This document shows positions 12,428-24,283 of a stretch of 64,000 bases of DNA, one piece after another. The notes under the pieces were generated by a model. That model saw nothing but the letters and a program-made list of their open reading frames with translations, had not been told where the DNA came from and searched no databases. Location of the stretch: contig OX597826.1 in the NCBI GenBank assembly GCA_951406725.2, positions 72,602,001 through 72,666,000 on the forward strand, written 5' to 3'. The DNA comes from Octopus vulgaris. Taxonomy: Eukaryota. A program made the translations under genes and the position numbers. The number at the start of each line of letters is the position of its first letter. Positions within the stretch are counted from its first letter, which is position 1.

Positions 12428-14755
12428 ACCCCAGTGCTCAACTGGTGTTTTTTATTGTACCCGAGAGGATGAAATGCAAAGTTGACCTTGGTGGGATTTG
12501 AACTCAGAATGTAAATATGGACGAAATACTGAAAAGTATTTTGCTCAATATGCTAATGATTCTGCCAGTTCACTGCATAATCTAGGGTTAGTAGCATTAG
12601 CAGTGTCTTAATACTATATTGCAAAATGAAAACTGGCTATACCTGAGCTGATTGCAAGGTAAAAAGTGACCATATCTAATTCAAACAGATATTGATAGAG
12701 GCAAGTAGAAATAATGACTGTTATCTGGAACATGGCACATTATCTGTAGAAATGTTTGAACTGTTATCTTTGAGATTAATATTGTACCTTTAATCATTCA
12801 CCCTCTAATAGGTGCAGGTGTGGCTGCATGGTAAGAAGCTTGCTTCTGAACTACATAGTTCCGAACTTAGTCCCACTGTGTGGTACCCTGGGCAAGTGTC
12901 TTCTACTATAACCTCAGGCCGACTAAATCCTTGTGATTGGATTTTATAGATGGAAACTGAAAGAAGCCTGTCATTTGTGTGTGTGTATGTGTCTTTGTGT
13001 GTGTGTATGTGTCTTTGTGTGTGTGCTTGTGTATGTGTGTTTGTGTCTGTGTTTGTCCCGCACCACCTCTTGACAACTAGTGTTGGTGATTTCATGTCCT
13101 CATAGCCTAGCGGTACAGCAAAAGAGAGACCAATATAGGTACTAGGCTTAAAAAAAAGTGGAGGGGTTGATTCATTTGACTAAAAATTCAAGGCAACCAT
13201 GCTCAACTGGTATGTTTTTTATTGTACCCAAGAGGATGAAATGCAAGTTGACCTTGGTGAGATTTGAACTCAGCATGGTTGCAGTCTAATGACTGAAACA
13301 AATAAAAGATAAGGGATAATGTCAGTTTTAAATGTTGTGGTGAGGAAACCCTGGCTGTGTTGATTTCAGGTTTACTGTTGTGATTTAGAGCCAGGTCCAC
13401 CCCTGTTTGAATAGATCTATGATCAAAAGATCTGCAATCATGATCATCCCATCTTGTGTATTTAGTAGAACATTGTTCAGTGAGACCTCTTTTCAAAGTG
13501 ATGTAGTGTAATTTGAGGTAAATATGACTGTTATTTCTTGGAAGTTGATTGGCCCATCTAGAGACTCCCTTTTGTGAGGTAGTGAAGAATTAATCAGATT
13601 TCAGTGTGTTGCTCAACTAGTTCTTGGTTGTTTGATGAGAATGGATAACAGAATTTTGTTATTACTGTTTAGTTCTATTACTCAACTTGTCTTTCCTTTT
13701 TGAGACAGTAGAATTGATTTAAAAGGGATTTGGCTGATAGTTCTATTGGGTCAAGTAATATCTTGGTTTATGCTTAACTGGAATGCAGAGTAGGAAGATA
13801 ACTGGAGCAGAGATAGCTCACACTGATATAAATTTGGTGACACCACATAATAAAGTACCTGTGCCAGCTATCAAACAGAAAAGTGTAATTTGAGTGAGTT
13901 GATATTGCTAACAGGTTAACCCTCTCAGACCTGGGCCCCTGTTTTTGACTTTACCCTCCACCTGGACTCTTGAGAAAAAAATAAAATTAGATAGTTAACA
14001 ACTTTGAGGTTAGTTTCTGAAGCAGAACTAAATCATCCACTATTGCTGCATATTCATACCACCATCACTTCTTTACTGTACCTCCTGCCATCCACGGCCA
14101 TCATTTGAACATTCCACCATTGCCTACCTCTACTCTAGCAACCATTACATATTCATACCACAACAACCACCACCACCTACCTTTACTGTTGCTATCATCA
14201 CCTACCACCATCACCTACTTCTATAACTAACATACACTGTCATCATTTGAAACATATCTCCATTGTCTACATCTAATCTTGTCCCCATCCACTGCCATTA
14301 GGGGGTCCTTATCACCATCATCTGTCCCTACTCTACTGCCATCACATAGTCATACTACCACCACCTGCTGTAGCTACCATCCACTGCTATCACATACATC
14401 GTATATCGTGAATGGGTAGCTCAAGAATAAGTAGATAATATTGGCATATTAACGGATGGTAGCAAGAGGGAAGGAAAATCCTGCGGGTTGGACACGTGAT
14501 GGTAGTAATTGGTAGCAACAACAGAAATATGGCTGTTGTGGATAGCAAGGAAAGAAGGTGTGGACATGCAATGGTTGTGGATAGTTTAAAGTGCTGGATT
14601 GGATACGGGTCACCACTTCGCATGTTCATAAAACTCAATGTGTACTAGCCTCTACTAATTTGCCTTCTCTGTTGTTTCAGGGGTTCTCTGCATCAACAAA
14701 AGATGATCTAGTAATGTATTAGTGTTGATTGATGTTTCTGTTATTTCTTTGTCAG

Positions 14756-14927
14756 GAATCAAACATGACGGGACGATGTGTGATACCTGTAGACAGCAAC
14801 CAATTTTTGGCATTCGATGGAAGTGTGCGGAATGTGCTAACTATGACTTGTGTTCCCTCTGCTATCATGCAGATAAACACAACATGCGACACAGGTTTTA
14901 TCGCATCACCACCCCAGGCAGTGAAAG
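14756..14927 (+). CDS. mib1: mind bomb 1 E3 ligase, internal exon (ZZ zinc finger); first exon visible in window
   Basis: ttctttgtcag acceptor, AG|gtaact donor. Encodes (G)[56 protein letters not shown](R), nearly identical to the animal MIB1 ZZ domain. 172 nt. Confidence 0.97.
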
Positions 14928-16285
14928 GTAACTGTTTATTTGCATTTGTTGTTGTTATTGTTCTCTACCCCCACCTCTCCCATCTACCTTTTATTTTTTT
15001 TAGATCGGTTTTTAGCATGGAGACTGTCAACAGATAATGACTATTGAACTTTGGAAATTATAGTCATGCTATGAAGAATAGAGTATTCTCTGGCCTGAGT
15101 TATTTATATTCACCTTGTATCTACCATGAGGACACTCTTTCATCTCTCTCTCTTTCCAGTTGGGGAAGTCATGTATCGCCATTTCAGCAAGACACCCATT
15201 CCTGTCACTCTCGGATACTTTCACCTCCCTCAATACTGTACCCCATTCAGTTGAGGGGTCTTGTCTTGCTAGTTACTTAGTGACATTTCTACAGTGGCAG
15301 GACCACAACAAAGCATCCAGTATATATTGTAAAGTGATTGGTGTTAGGAAGAGGATCCAGCTGTAGAAAACTTGCCAAAGTAGAAACCAAAGCTCATTAC
15401 CATTGCCTGGCTTGTTGGTTGCTGTTGATTCATCCAACACATGCTAGCATGGAAAACAGGCATTAAACAATGATGATGTGTGTGTGTGTCTGGTTGTTGT
15501 GTGTCTGCACAGTATAAGGAAGAGAGGTTACATATGAGTAGGAAAGGTTGACATCACTGGTTAAAAACTATTTGTTGTGAACTTAGCTGGGTGTCTGAAC
15601 TGTTGATAAAAGGCAATCTTGTGAGCTCAAGGTAGTTCTTGTGTAGGCTTGGTTCAGCTGTACTTGGGTTGTTGGAGAAAGCTGTATATGGATTAATGAT
15701 TTCATGACTGATCTGTTGTCTGTCACTGCTCTGCCTGTTGTGACCACCACAAACACTAGGTACATTGCAACTTGATACAGCATTTCTTGGCTGTATTGAC
15801 TGGCTCTGCTAACTTTGGGATGGGCTGCTTGCCTGTTACTGCTACTACTACTAATAAAATCCAGTTGCTAAGCTTCTCCATGATGCTCTTGCTTAACAGT
15901 AACCTCCAATAATATGTCACTGTCCTCAGTCACTGATGGATTAGAAACATGATGATTTAGGTATATTTGTTGATGAAGTAGGTGCACTAGGTGGTTTATC
16001 TGAAAAGCTGATGCAGATATGTCTATAGATTCCAATGTGTTTTGGCAGAGAAACAACTGCTGTATCAGTTCAATGGTTCAAAAGATGATGATGCAGGCAT
16101 GTCTGATGATGCTAGCTTGTCTAGTTAAAGCGTTGGTGACAAAATCAAACTGCTAATTTGAAGATCAAGGTTTGATCATTGGGACACCATCATTAGTTTT
16201 ACACACACACACACACACACATACAATATACTCTTATTGAAATGTAAATGATAAATTTTTTAATTTTCTTTCCCTTTCATTACAG

Positions 16286-16430
16286 AGTCATGTTAGAACC
16301 ACGAAGGAAAAGTAAGAAGGTTACGGCTCGAGGTATTTTCCCTGGTGCAAGGGTAATGCGTGGTGTTGATTGGCAGTGGGAAGACCAAGATGGCGGCAGC
16401 ACTCGGCGAGGGAAAGTCACAGAAATACAA
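16286..16430 (+). CDS. mib1: mib1 exon (second MIB/HERC2 domain, first part)
   Basis: tttcattacag acceptor. Encodes [48 protein letters not shown]. The donor CAA|gtttgt is weak but is required for frame continuity with the next exon. 145 nt. Confidence 0.93.
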
Positions 16431-17261
16431 GTTTGTTTTAATGAATTTTCTCTATCCTCTTATTTTTTCATCTTTTGGTCTAAGGAGAGAGGCTATTGAC
16501 TATAGTCTCTCTGGTAAGGTAGTAGGGTGTCTAAGATCAGAATGGATCAAGTGTATATTTAGGGCCTCATGGGTCATAAGGCCTGAAAGCCAGCAAGCAG
16601 CATCTTTTGAACTCATTTTAAATTAGAGTTGATTGTCTACAAGGTTGGTGAAATAACAAAACTGAAACAGTAGCTTGTCTCATGGGTTTTCAGTTATTTT
16701 TGATTGCTTCCCTCATTTACAGGCTGAAGTCATTAATTGCTTTAATTGCTGATCAAATTGTCATTGTGATGGTATGTTTATGAAAATGTGGGTATGGATT
16801 TTTGCCTTTTTTTTTCTGTGTTATGATGAATCACTGCAGAGAAAGATACATTTTATAATCCCATCCATTTCTCAGCATTGATGTAGAAGTAGTGTTTCAT
16901 TGTTTTATATTGATAACTAGGTAGGGTGAGGCCATGAGAGCTACAAATATTTAAGCCAGTTGTTCATGGCAGATTAGGCTCATCAAACCAGTATGATTTC
17001 AATGGAGAATATGCTGAGACCTTTGTCCTGCAATGAACTGAACATAGGCAATCTAATCCAATCCAGTACATTGGACAATTAGGCAGAGGAGTTACAGTTC
17101 ATGTACTCTCACCAGTACTGTACTGTATCTTTGACCAAGTGACTTTTAGTGCTTAATGGCTTAGTCTCCTTATCTGTAAACAGGCATCACAAGATTGTTC
17201 AGTTTATCACTGGAAAAATCAGTATTGTAAAATTGATTAGTATTTTGCTAGTTTGCAGTAC

Positions 17262-17415
17262 TGAGTTCATTTCCTCCTGTGTGAGTACAGCTAGAAAAAA
17301 GTACTGATTCCCATTGGCCTTGTTCAACATTCCCTCCTTGAGTTCATTTCCTCCTGTGTGAGTACAGCTAGAAAAAAGTACTGATTCCCATTGGCCTTGT
17401 TCAACATTCCCTCCT
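17262..17415. repeat. perfect 77-bp tandem duplication
   Basis: 17262-17338 is identical to 17339-17415 (tgagttcatttcctcctgtgtgagtacagc...caacattccctcct). Confidence 0.95.
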
Positions 17416-17776
17416 GTACCATGGTACTTCTCATTATCTCTAACTTTCAGATATGTGAGTGGAAAAGGTCTGGAGATGTTCTTGGTGTGTAGCCTCAGGT
17501 CAGCTCTATATTAATCCATTTTTAAGACTGTTAACGTGTGATTCAAAGAAGATTTGGTTGCTATTTCTAACACCTTCAGTGACTATGCAGAGGCTCCTGC
17601 ATTGGCTTGTTGGTTTGAGAATGTTTATGAAGCTGAGACAAACAAAATAATGTTCCTTGCAGGTACTGAACAATGGCTATAGGGAGGTTTGAATAAGTAA
17701 TTATGTATTTTGTAGTCCATTGCCTTAATATTGATGTGTACTCTACTTTAACATATTCACATTTACCTGTGTGCAG

Positions 17777-17866
17777 GACTGGAGTGCTGCCAGCCCAAGA
17801 AGTGCTGCATATGTGTTATGGGATAATGGTGCAAAGAATCTTTACCGAGTTGGCTTTGAGGGTATG
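17777..17866 (+). CDS. mib1: mib1 exon (second MIB/HERC2 domain)
   Basis: cctgtgtgcag acceptor, ATG|gtgagt donor. Encodes [30 protein letters not shown]. 90 nt; not in the ORF track. Confidence 0.96.
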
Positions 17867-18139
17867 GTGAGTATCACTTTTTCAGATTTATGTAGTGAGT
17901 AATTCTTTTGAAGTTTATACAGTGAGTATCAGTTGTTTTTAGGTTCATACAGTCAATGTTTCTTTTGAGTTCATAAAAGGAATACTCCTTATGAGGGTAT
18001 GAGGAATAACACCTTTGTAGATTATGATTTATTTCTATTGGGTGTCTGGTGACTATATACGTTGAGGTTAATAATCTCCTTGAAGATACGAGAATAATGT
18101 TTTTGAAGTTTGTAAAGTATGGTTTCAATAATCTTTTTT

Positions 18140-19565
18140 TTTTCTATTTATCTTCAACTTGTTTCAGTCATTAGTCTGTGGCCATGCTGGGGCAGCACCT
18201 TAACTTTTTGTCAAATGAATCCAACTCAGTACTTGTTTTTCTGTTAGGCCTGGTACTTATTCAATCAGTCTCTTTTGGCAAACTGCTAAGTTATGGAGAA
18301 TCAATCAAATGATACTTATTTCCTTTTACATTCAGAGTTCAGATACCTCCAAGGCTTTCATCCTTTCTAAAATAAACCATCAGTCAAATACAAGAAGGCA
18401 ATGTAATTGATTGTTCCCTTCTTCCAAAATTTCTAGCGGTGTGCCTATATGAAAGATCATCATCATTATTATTTTTAGGGTGGCAAGCTGGCAGAATCGT
18501 TACCACGCTGGACAAAATGCTTAGCAGTATTTCACCTATTGCTACGTTCTGAGTTCAAATTCTGCCAAGGTCGACTGTGCCCTTCATCCTTTCGGGGTCA
18601 ATTAAATAAGTACCAGTTATGCACTGGAGACAATGTAATCGACTTAATCCCTTCCCCCAAATTTGAGGCCTTTTGCTTCCAGTAGAAAGGGTAAGGTTTA
18701 GTTGCTAGTATTGACTCCAGTACTTGACTGGTTTCTTTATTTCATCAACTCTGAAAGGATGAAGGGCAAAGTTGATCTTCATGGAATTTGAACTCAGAAT
18801 CTGAAGCTGAATGAAATGCTAAGCATTTTGTTTGGCATGCTAACATTTCTGCCAGCTTGCTGTCTTAATAATAATGATAATAATAATAATAATGAAGACT
18901 TCAAATTTTGGCACAAGGCCAGCAGTCTTGAGGAGGGGATAAGTCGATTACGTTGACCCTATTGTTCAAGTGATACTTATTTTATTGACCCTAAAAGGAT
19001 GAAAGGCAGAGTCAACCTTGGCAGATTTTGAACTCAGAATGTTAAGACGAGCAGCGTGTTGCGAAGTATTTTGTTCGACATGCTAATGATTTTGCCAGCT
19101 CACTGCTGTAATAATAATGATAATAATAATCCTTTCTACTGGAAGCACAAGGCCTCAAATTTTGGGGAAGGGATTAAGTCAATTACATTGACACCAGTAT
19201 TCAAATGGTACTTAATTAATTGACCCTGAAAGGCAAAGTTGACCCCGGTGGAATTTGGACTCAGAACATAAGGATGAACGAAATACCGCTAAGCATTTCA
19301 TCCAGCACGCTAACGATTCTGCCAGCTCGTCGCCTTAATAATGATAATAATAATGAGGATGATGAATTAGCAGAATTATGAGAGCATCAAACAAGTATCA
19401 TGCAACGTTCCTTCTGATCCTTTACATTCTGATTTCAGATCCCATCAAGGTCAACTTTGCTTTCATCCTTCTAAGGTTGATAAAATAAAGCATCAGTCAA
19501 ATCTTGGGGTTAGTGGTATCCCCCTCAAAATTATTATTGTTGTTCCTAAATCAGAAACGATTATT
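18140..19565. mobile_element. cluster of about seven SINE copies in both orientations, separated by (AAT)n tails
   Basis: Repeated gagttcaaat...cctttcatcctttcggggtc and its reverse complement gaaaggatgaaaggcaaagtt...gaatttgaactcagaa. Confidence 0.85.
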
Positions 19566-19682
19566 ATTGATGTTATATTTTGATATTTGCCCTGATGACT
19601 ACAAAATTTTATGTCTCCATAAGTTTCACATTTTTTCTATCTAGAAATAATCATTATAAATATTTTTCTGTTTCACTTTCAG

Positions 19683-19749
19683 GCTGATTTAAAAGTGATG
19701 AATGATGCCAAAGGCGGTTCCTTTTATCGAGACCATTTACCTCTTTTAG
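19683..19749 (+). CDS. mib1: mib1 exon (end of MIB/HERC2 domain)
   Basis: tttcactttcag acceptor, G|gtatga donor. Encodes ADLKVMNDAKGGSFYRDHLPLL(G). 67 nt. Confidence 0.95.
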
Positions 19750-20145
19750 GTATGACATCTTCTGAATTCTTTATGACCCTTCACATGTTATTTGTGGAAG
19801 TATTTCTTTTGTTTTTTAATATTCTAACTCTGTAATATTGAGATTACACTGTCACATGTAATGCTTATTTCTTCATATTCTTTTGAATTAATCTTGCATT
19901 AGCTTGTGGTTTTGAGATGTTGACAATGTAATCATTTGTTTATTTCTAGAATCCCATTTTAGGGTATGTATGAGAGGCCACGTTTGGCTGGTTTGAACAT
20001 AAACAGGTAGAATATCTGGGCCTGATAGAGCCATTTAAATGCAATGTACAGCTACTATGGCTACAAACACCACCTCTACTGCAACTAGTACTGCATAATT
20101 TTGTGTGTGCATAGATGCAATTGTGATCTTGTTGCTGTCACCAGC

Positions 20146-21346
20146 ATCGTTATCATCAGTTAACATCCGTTATCCATGCTGGCATGGGTTGGACGGTTTG
20201 ACTGGGCTGGCATGATGGAAGGCTGCACCAAATTCTAGTCTGATTTGTCATGGTTTTCTACAGCTGAATGGCCTTCATAATGCCAACCACTCTGAAAGTG
20301 TAATGGGTGCTCTTACATGCCACCAGCATGACACTGGAGTGTGTTTATGTGCCACTAGCATGAGTGCCAATTAGCATGGCACCGCTATCTACCAGGACTG
20401 CGATTTTGCTTGACTTCATGAGTCTTCTTCTCAAGCACAACATAATGCTAAAGGTCTTGGTCATTGCCCCCGTGAGGCCCAATACTCAAAAGGAACTCAG
20501 TCACTTTGCCTCTGTGAGGCCCAATGCTCAAAAGGAACTCAGCCACTTTCCCTCCATGAGGCCCAATATTCAAAAGATGTTCTTTACATGCCACCAGCGC
20601 AGGTGCACTTGGTTTGACAGGTCCTCTCAAGCACAGCACATCGCCAAAGTTCTTGGTCACCAGCCATTGCCTCTGTGAGGTTCAATGTTTGAAGATCAAG
20701 CTTCACCACCTCATCCCATGTCTTCCTAGGTCTGCTTCTACCACAGGTACCCTCCACAGTTACAGATCAGCACTTCTTTACACAGCTGTCCTCGTTCATA
20801 TGCATCACATGACCATACCAGCACAGTCGTCTCTCTTTCACACCACATCTGATTCCTCTTATGCCTAACTTTTCTCTCAAGATGCTTACACCCTTTCAAA
20901 CATGCACACTGACATTGCACATCCAGCGAAGCATACTGCCTTCATTTCTTTCAAGCCTACACATGTCCATGGCTGTTATAGCCTTTGTTTCACTGCCATG
21001 CAGCATAGCTGTTCACACACAGGCTTCAAACAATCTGCCTTTCACTCTGAGAGAGAGGCCCTTTGTTGCCAGCAGGGGTAGGAGCTCACTGAACTCTGCC
21101 CGGCCTAATCTTATTCTTACAGCTACGCTCTTGGAGCATCTACCTCTGCCACTAACTTGGTCACCTAGATAATGGAAGCTGTCTACTACTTCTAGCTTTC
21201 TCGCTTGGCAGTTGGTGCAGTCTATTTTCTGCACATTTTCAGTGTTTATAGTACCTGTGCACCTTCCACATACAAAAGTTGGTTTCCCTGTTAACCTTTC
21301 TCTGATGTTGCTGCATCCTTTGTGTGTCCAAAGCTTACACTGGGTA
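20146..21346 (-). mobile_element. RTE-clade LINE, 5'-truncated, with decayed ORF 3' part and 3' UTR
   Basis: LEVVDSFHYLGDQVSGRGRCSKSVAVRIRLGRAEFSELLPLLATKGLSLRVKGRLFEACV matches the RTE RT-thumb motif V..F.YLG...RI.....F..L; (cat)n tail at the low-coordinate end. Confidence 0.88.
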
Positions 21347-21803
21347 AGAAATAAAATAAGCTAAGGAAAGTAACTCAAATGGGTCAATGGCATAAATTTT
21401 GATAAATTAGCAAATGAATGAGATACTGAATGCTGCATGAAAAACATTGTTAATAAATTGAAATTTCCTTATTTGAAGAAAGAAAGGAAAAAAAAATCCT
21501 AGTGGCAGTTATTAGTGACATTCAAACAACAAGGGGAGATAATTTTAAGAGATTCGGAATTAATCTCTTTTTAGGTTCAGGAGAAAGTCTTATATTTGTC
21601 TGCAGGCAATGTATGAATATAAAACATTGCAGGCAAACTCTGTGATTAGTTAGATATGCCCTGGTTGGGAAATCTTGGCAGTAGTTCTGTACAGTTGCTG
21701 TGATGGTGTCAGGTCAACCCACTAAGCCTTTCTTGTCAGCTGGTCCATTTAAAAGAACTGTTTGTTAACAAGGGCTATCCAGTCAACTATATTTCTCTTT
21801 TAG

Positions 21804-22100
21804 TGGAGGTGCACTGGTCCAGTGGTTAGGGCAGTGGACTTGTGGTTTCAATTCCCAGACCAGGCGTTGTGAGTGTTTATTGAGCGAAAACGCCTAAAAC
21901 TCCACGAGGCTCTGGCAGTGGGTGGTAGCGATCCCTGCTGTACTCTTTCGCCACAACTTTCTCTCACTCTTTCTTCTGCTAGCCTGCTCGCTTAGCCAGC
22001 GGGGTAGCATCATTTGAAGGCTAAAACAATGCAAAGCATATTGTGACCAGCGATGTATAGCAACATCTGATAGCCTGGTCGGTCACGTGATCACGTGATA
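21804..22100 (+). mobile_element. tRNA-derived SINE (octopus OR-like); related copy at about 26362-26645
   Basis: A-box-like tggtccagtggttagg, B-box-like gtttcaattcc, ending in gtcacgtgatcacgtgata. Confidence 0.7.
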
Positions 22101-22174
22101 CTTCTTCTTTATATAAACTGAGCCTCTGTTTAAGTCTAAGTAATCAATATTTTGCAGATGGAAGAATTGTAATA

Positions 22175-22900
22175 AGAATAATAATAATGATTTCAAATTT
22201 TGGCACAAGGCCAGTAATTCCAGGGCAGGGAGTAAATCGATTACATTCACCCCAGTGATTAACGGTTGCTTATTATATCAACCCTGAAAGGACAAAAAGC
22301 AAAGGGGGCCCTGGTGGCTTTTGAACTCAGAATGTAAAGGCAAACGAAATTGATAACAATCTTAATATTAATTTCAAATTTTGGCATAAGGCTAACAATT
22401 TGGATGGGGCCAGTTAGTTGATACTGTTGACCCCTTTATTTGTCTGGTACTTAAATCAGCCTTGAAAGGATGAAAGCCAGATTAACCTTGGTAGAATTAA
22501 TAATAATAATGGTTTCAAATTTTGATGCAAAGCCTATAATTTTGAGGGGACAGGGTTAGCTGATACAGTTGGTCAAATTACTTCGCTGGTACATTATCTT
22601 ATTGGTCCCATAAAGAACATTGAGTCAGAAGAACTATCACAAAGCATTTTTATGATGGTGTAACTATTCTACCAGGTCTTTACCTTAATAATGATAATGA
22701 TAATTATAATAATGGTTTCTAAAACTGGCATTCAACCACATAGTTGTAGCAGGGTTGACATAATGAATTTAAAAGGTCCTACTATTTGATTGGTCCTTAG
22801 TTTATTGTTTGGAGGGATGAAAGACAAAGTCAACGTCGTAGTATTTTAACTCTGAACATAGAAGGCACTTAATTCAGTATGATTTTCTTTCTGCCAAACA
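22175..22900 (-). mobile_element. head-to-tail array of four to five decayed SINE copies, each bounded by (AAT)n
   Basis: Repeated tttcaaattttggcacaaggcc...gaaaggatgaaag...gaactcagaa units. Confidence 0.75.
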
Positions 22901-23659
22901 ATAACAATAATCTTGTTAATGGTAATTATAGGATATTCAGTTTAGTTTGCAATGATTATGAGGATAAATTACTGATGGATTTGCTTAGATAATAAACATG
23001 TGTTTTGCCAAATGTTTGTTATTCGTGTCTTACATGATAGATTAAGATTTGTTGTTGTATGAAATATTCTTCTGTTATCATAACTACAGCAGTAGTAGCA
23101 GCAACAACAATAGCAGCGGCAAAATATTTGTCTGTAGCCAGAGGCAATGAAAATGAGCAGATATAGCTGATGGGATTATTGGTAGGCAACTTAACAACAC
23201 ACACTTTGACAAAACATAAAATACTTTGATCTATTTAGTAACAATGACCTAATTTGACTTCTTAGTACGATGTTGATCTGTATCGGAGCTCATCATGATC
23301 CAACAATGTAGAATGATAGTGGATGTTGTTTTTATACAGTCCAAGGTTAGCTCTCTTAACAAGCAGATCTTTGGCATATAGGTTGTCAACCGAATGATTA
23401 GATGCAACCCACAGATCCATAATGTGAAATGTACTATACTACATCTCCATCTAGTTGAAAAATCGTATTGCACATTTTAATATGCAGTGGTCTAGTGTAT
23501 GTGATGCAGTATTCCAATCTGGACATGTTGTAATCTCTCCGTTGTCTAGTCTGTTTTACATGTCTGGAGATTCTGGTGGTGGCCATTATTGGAGACAGAT
23601 AATGTGTAGATTGTTTAGCACAGCTTGTGTGGTAAAGTTCAGTTATATTTAATCTAGAT

Positions 23660-23891
23660 CAGTGGTTGTCAACCATTTTTTGCCCATGGGCCCCTTTGAT
23701 TTCTATTTTACCCAAGTGGACCCTCATAACCATTCCACGTTTAAAAAATCCTATTTTCATAATTAGATATTATTAGGAATTGTATCAAAAAATTGTTAAA
23801 ATACTTTGTGTGTATTGTAGAAGTATAACCAATTTATTGTACATAAATTTTAACAACAAAATCTTATATGGACCCTGGTTGAAATCCACTG
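23660..23891. mobile_element. hAT Charlie-type MITE
   Basis: TIRs cagtggttgtcaacca / tggttgaaatccactg; perfect 8-bp TSD atctagat (23652-23659, 23892-23899), the NTCTAGAN target typical of Charlie elements. Confidence 0.92.
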
Positions 23892-24028
23892 ATCTAGATT
23901 AATGCTTGGTAGAGAATATGGGTAGTAAGTGAAAAAGAGTCTATTAAATGCATAGCTTGAAAATGCAAGGGTTGATCACTATTTTGTCAGGTTGTTCTTG
24001 GATTAAAGGGATTGTATACAGGAGCTCC

Positions 24029-24283
24029 GTGGAGGCTTAGTGGTTAGGGTGTCAGCACCATGATCGTAAGATTGTGGTTTCGATTCCTGGACTGGGCGAT
24101 GCATTGTGTTCTTGAGCAAAACACTTCATTTCACGTTGCTCCAGTCCACTCAGCTGGCAAAAATGAGTAACTTTGCGATGGACTGGTGTCCCGTCCAGCT
24201 GGGGAACACATACACCATAGAAACCGGGAAACCGGGCCCATGAGCTTGGCTAGGCTGTAAAAGGGCGCATTTATTTTATTTTT
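24029..24283 (+). mobile_element. tRNA-derived SINE with 14-bp TSD; older copy at about 7059-7310
   Basis: TSD tatacaggagctcc at 24015-24028 and 24284-24297; ggcttagtggttagg A-box and ggtttcgattcc B-box. Confidence 0.9.

Noticed and set aside
14681-14710. Independent 30-nt micro-exon using gtaatg at 14711 as donor
   Set aside because: The remaining intron would be only 45 nt and the exon contains an in-frame stop; kept only as an alternative-acceptor hypothesis.
1-14755. First coding exon of mib1 (N-terminal MIB/HERC2 domain) and its promoter
   Set aside because: No VRGPDWKWGKQDGG-like sequence or CpG island was found; they presumably lie upstream of the window.
24029-24100. tRNA gene candidates (A/B boxes at SINE heads)
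   Set aside because: No complete cloverleaf; they continue into SINE bodies with TSDs.
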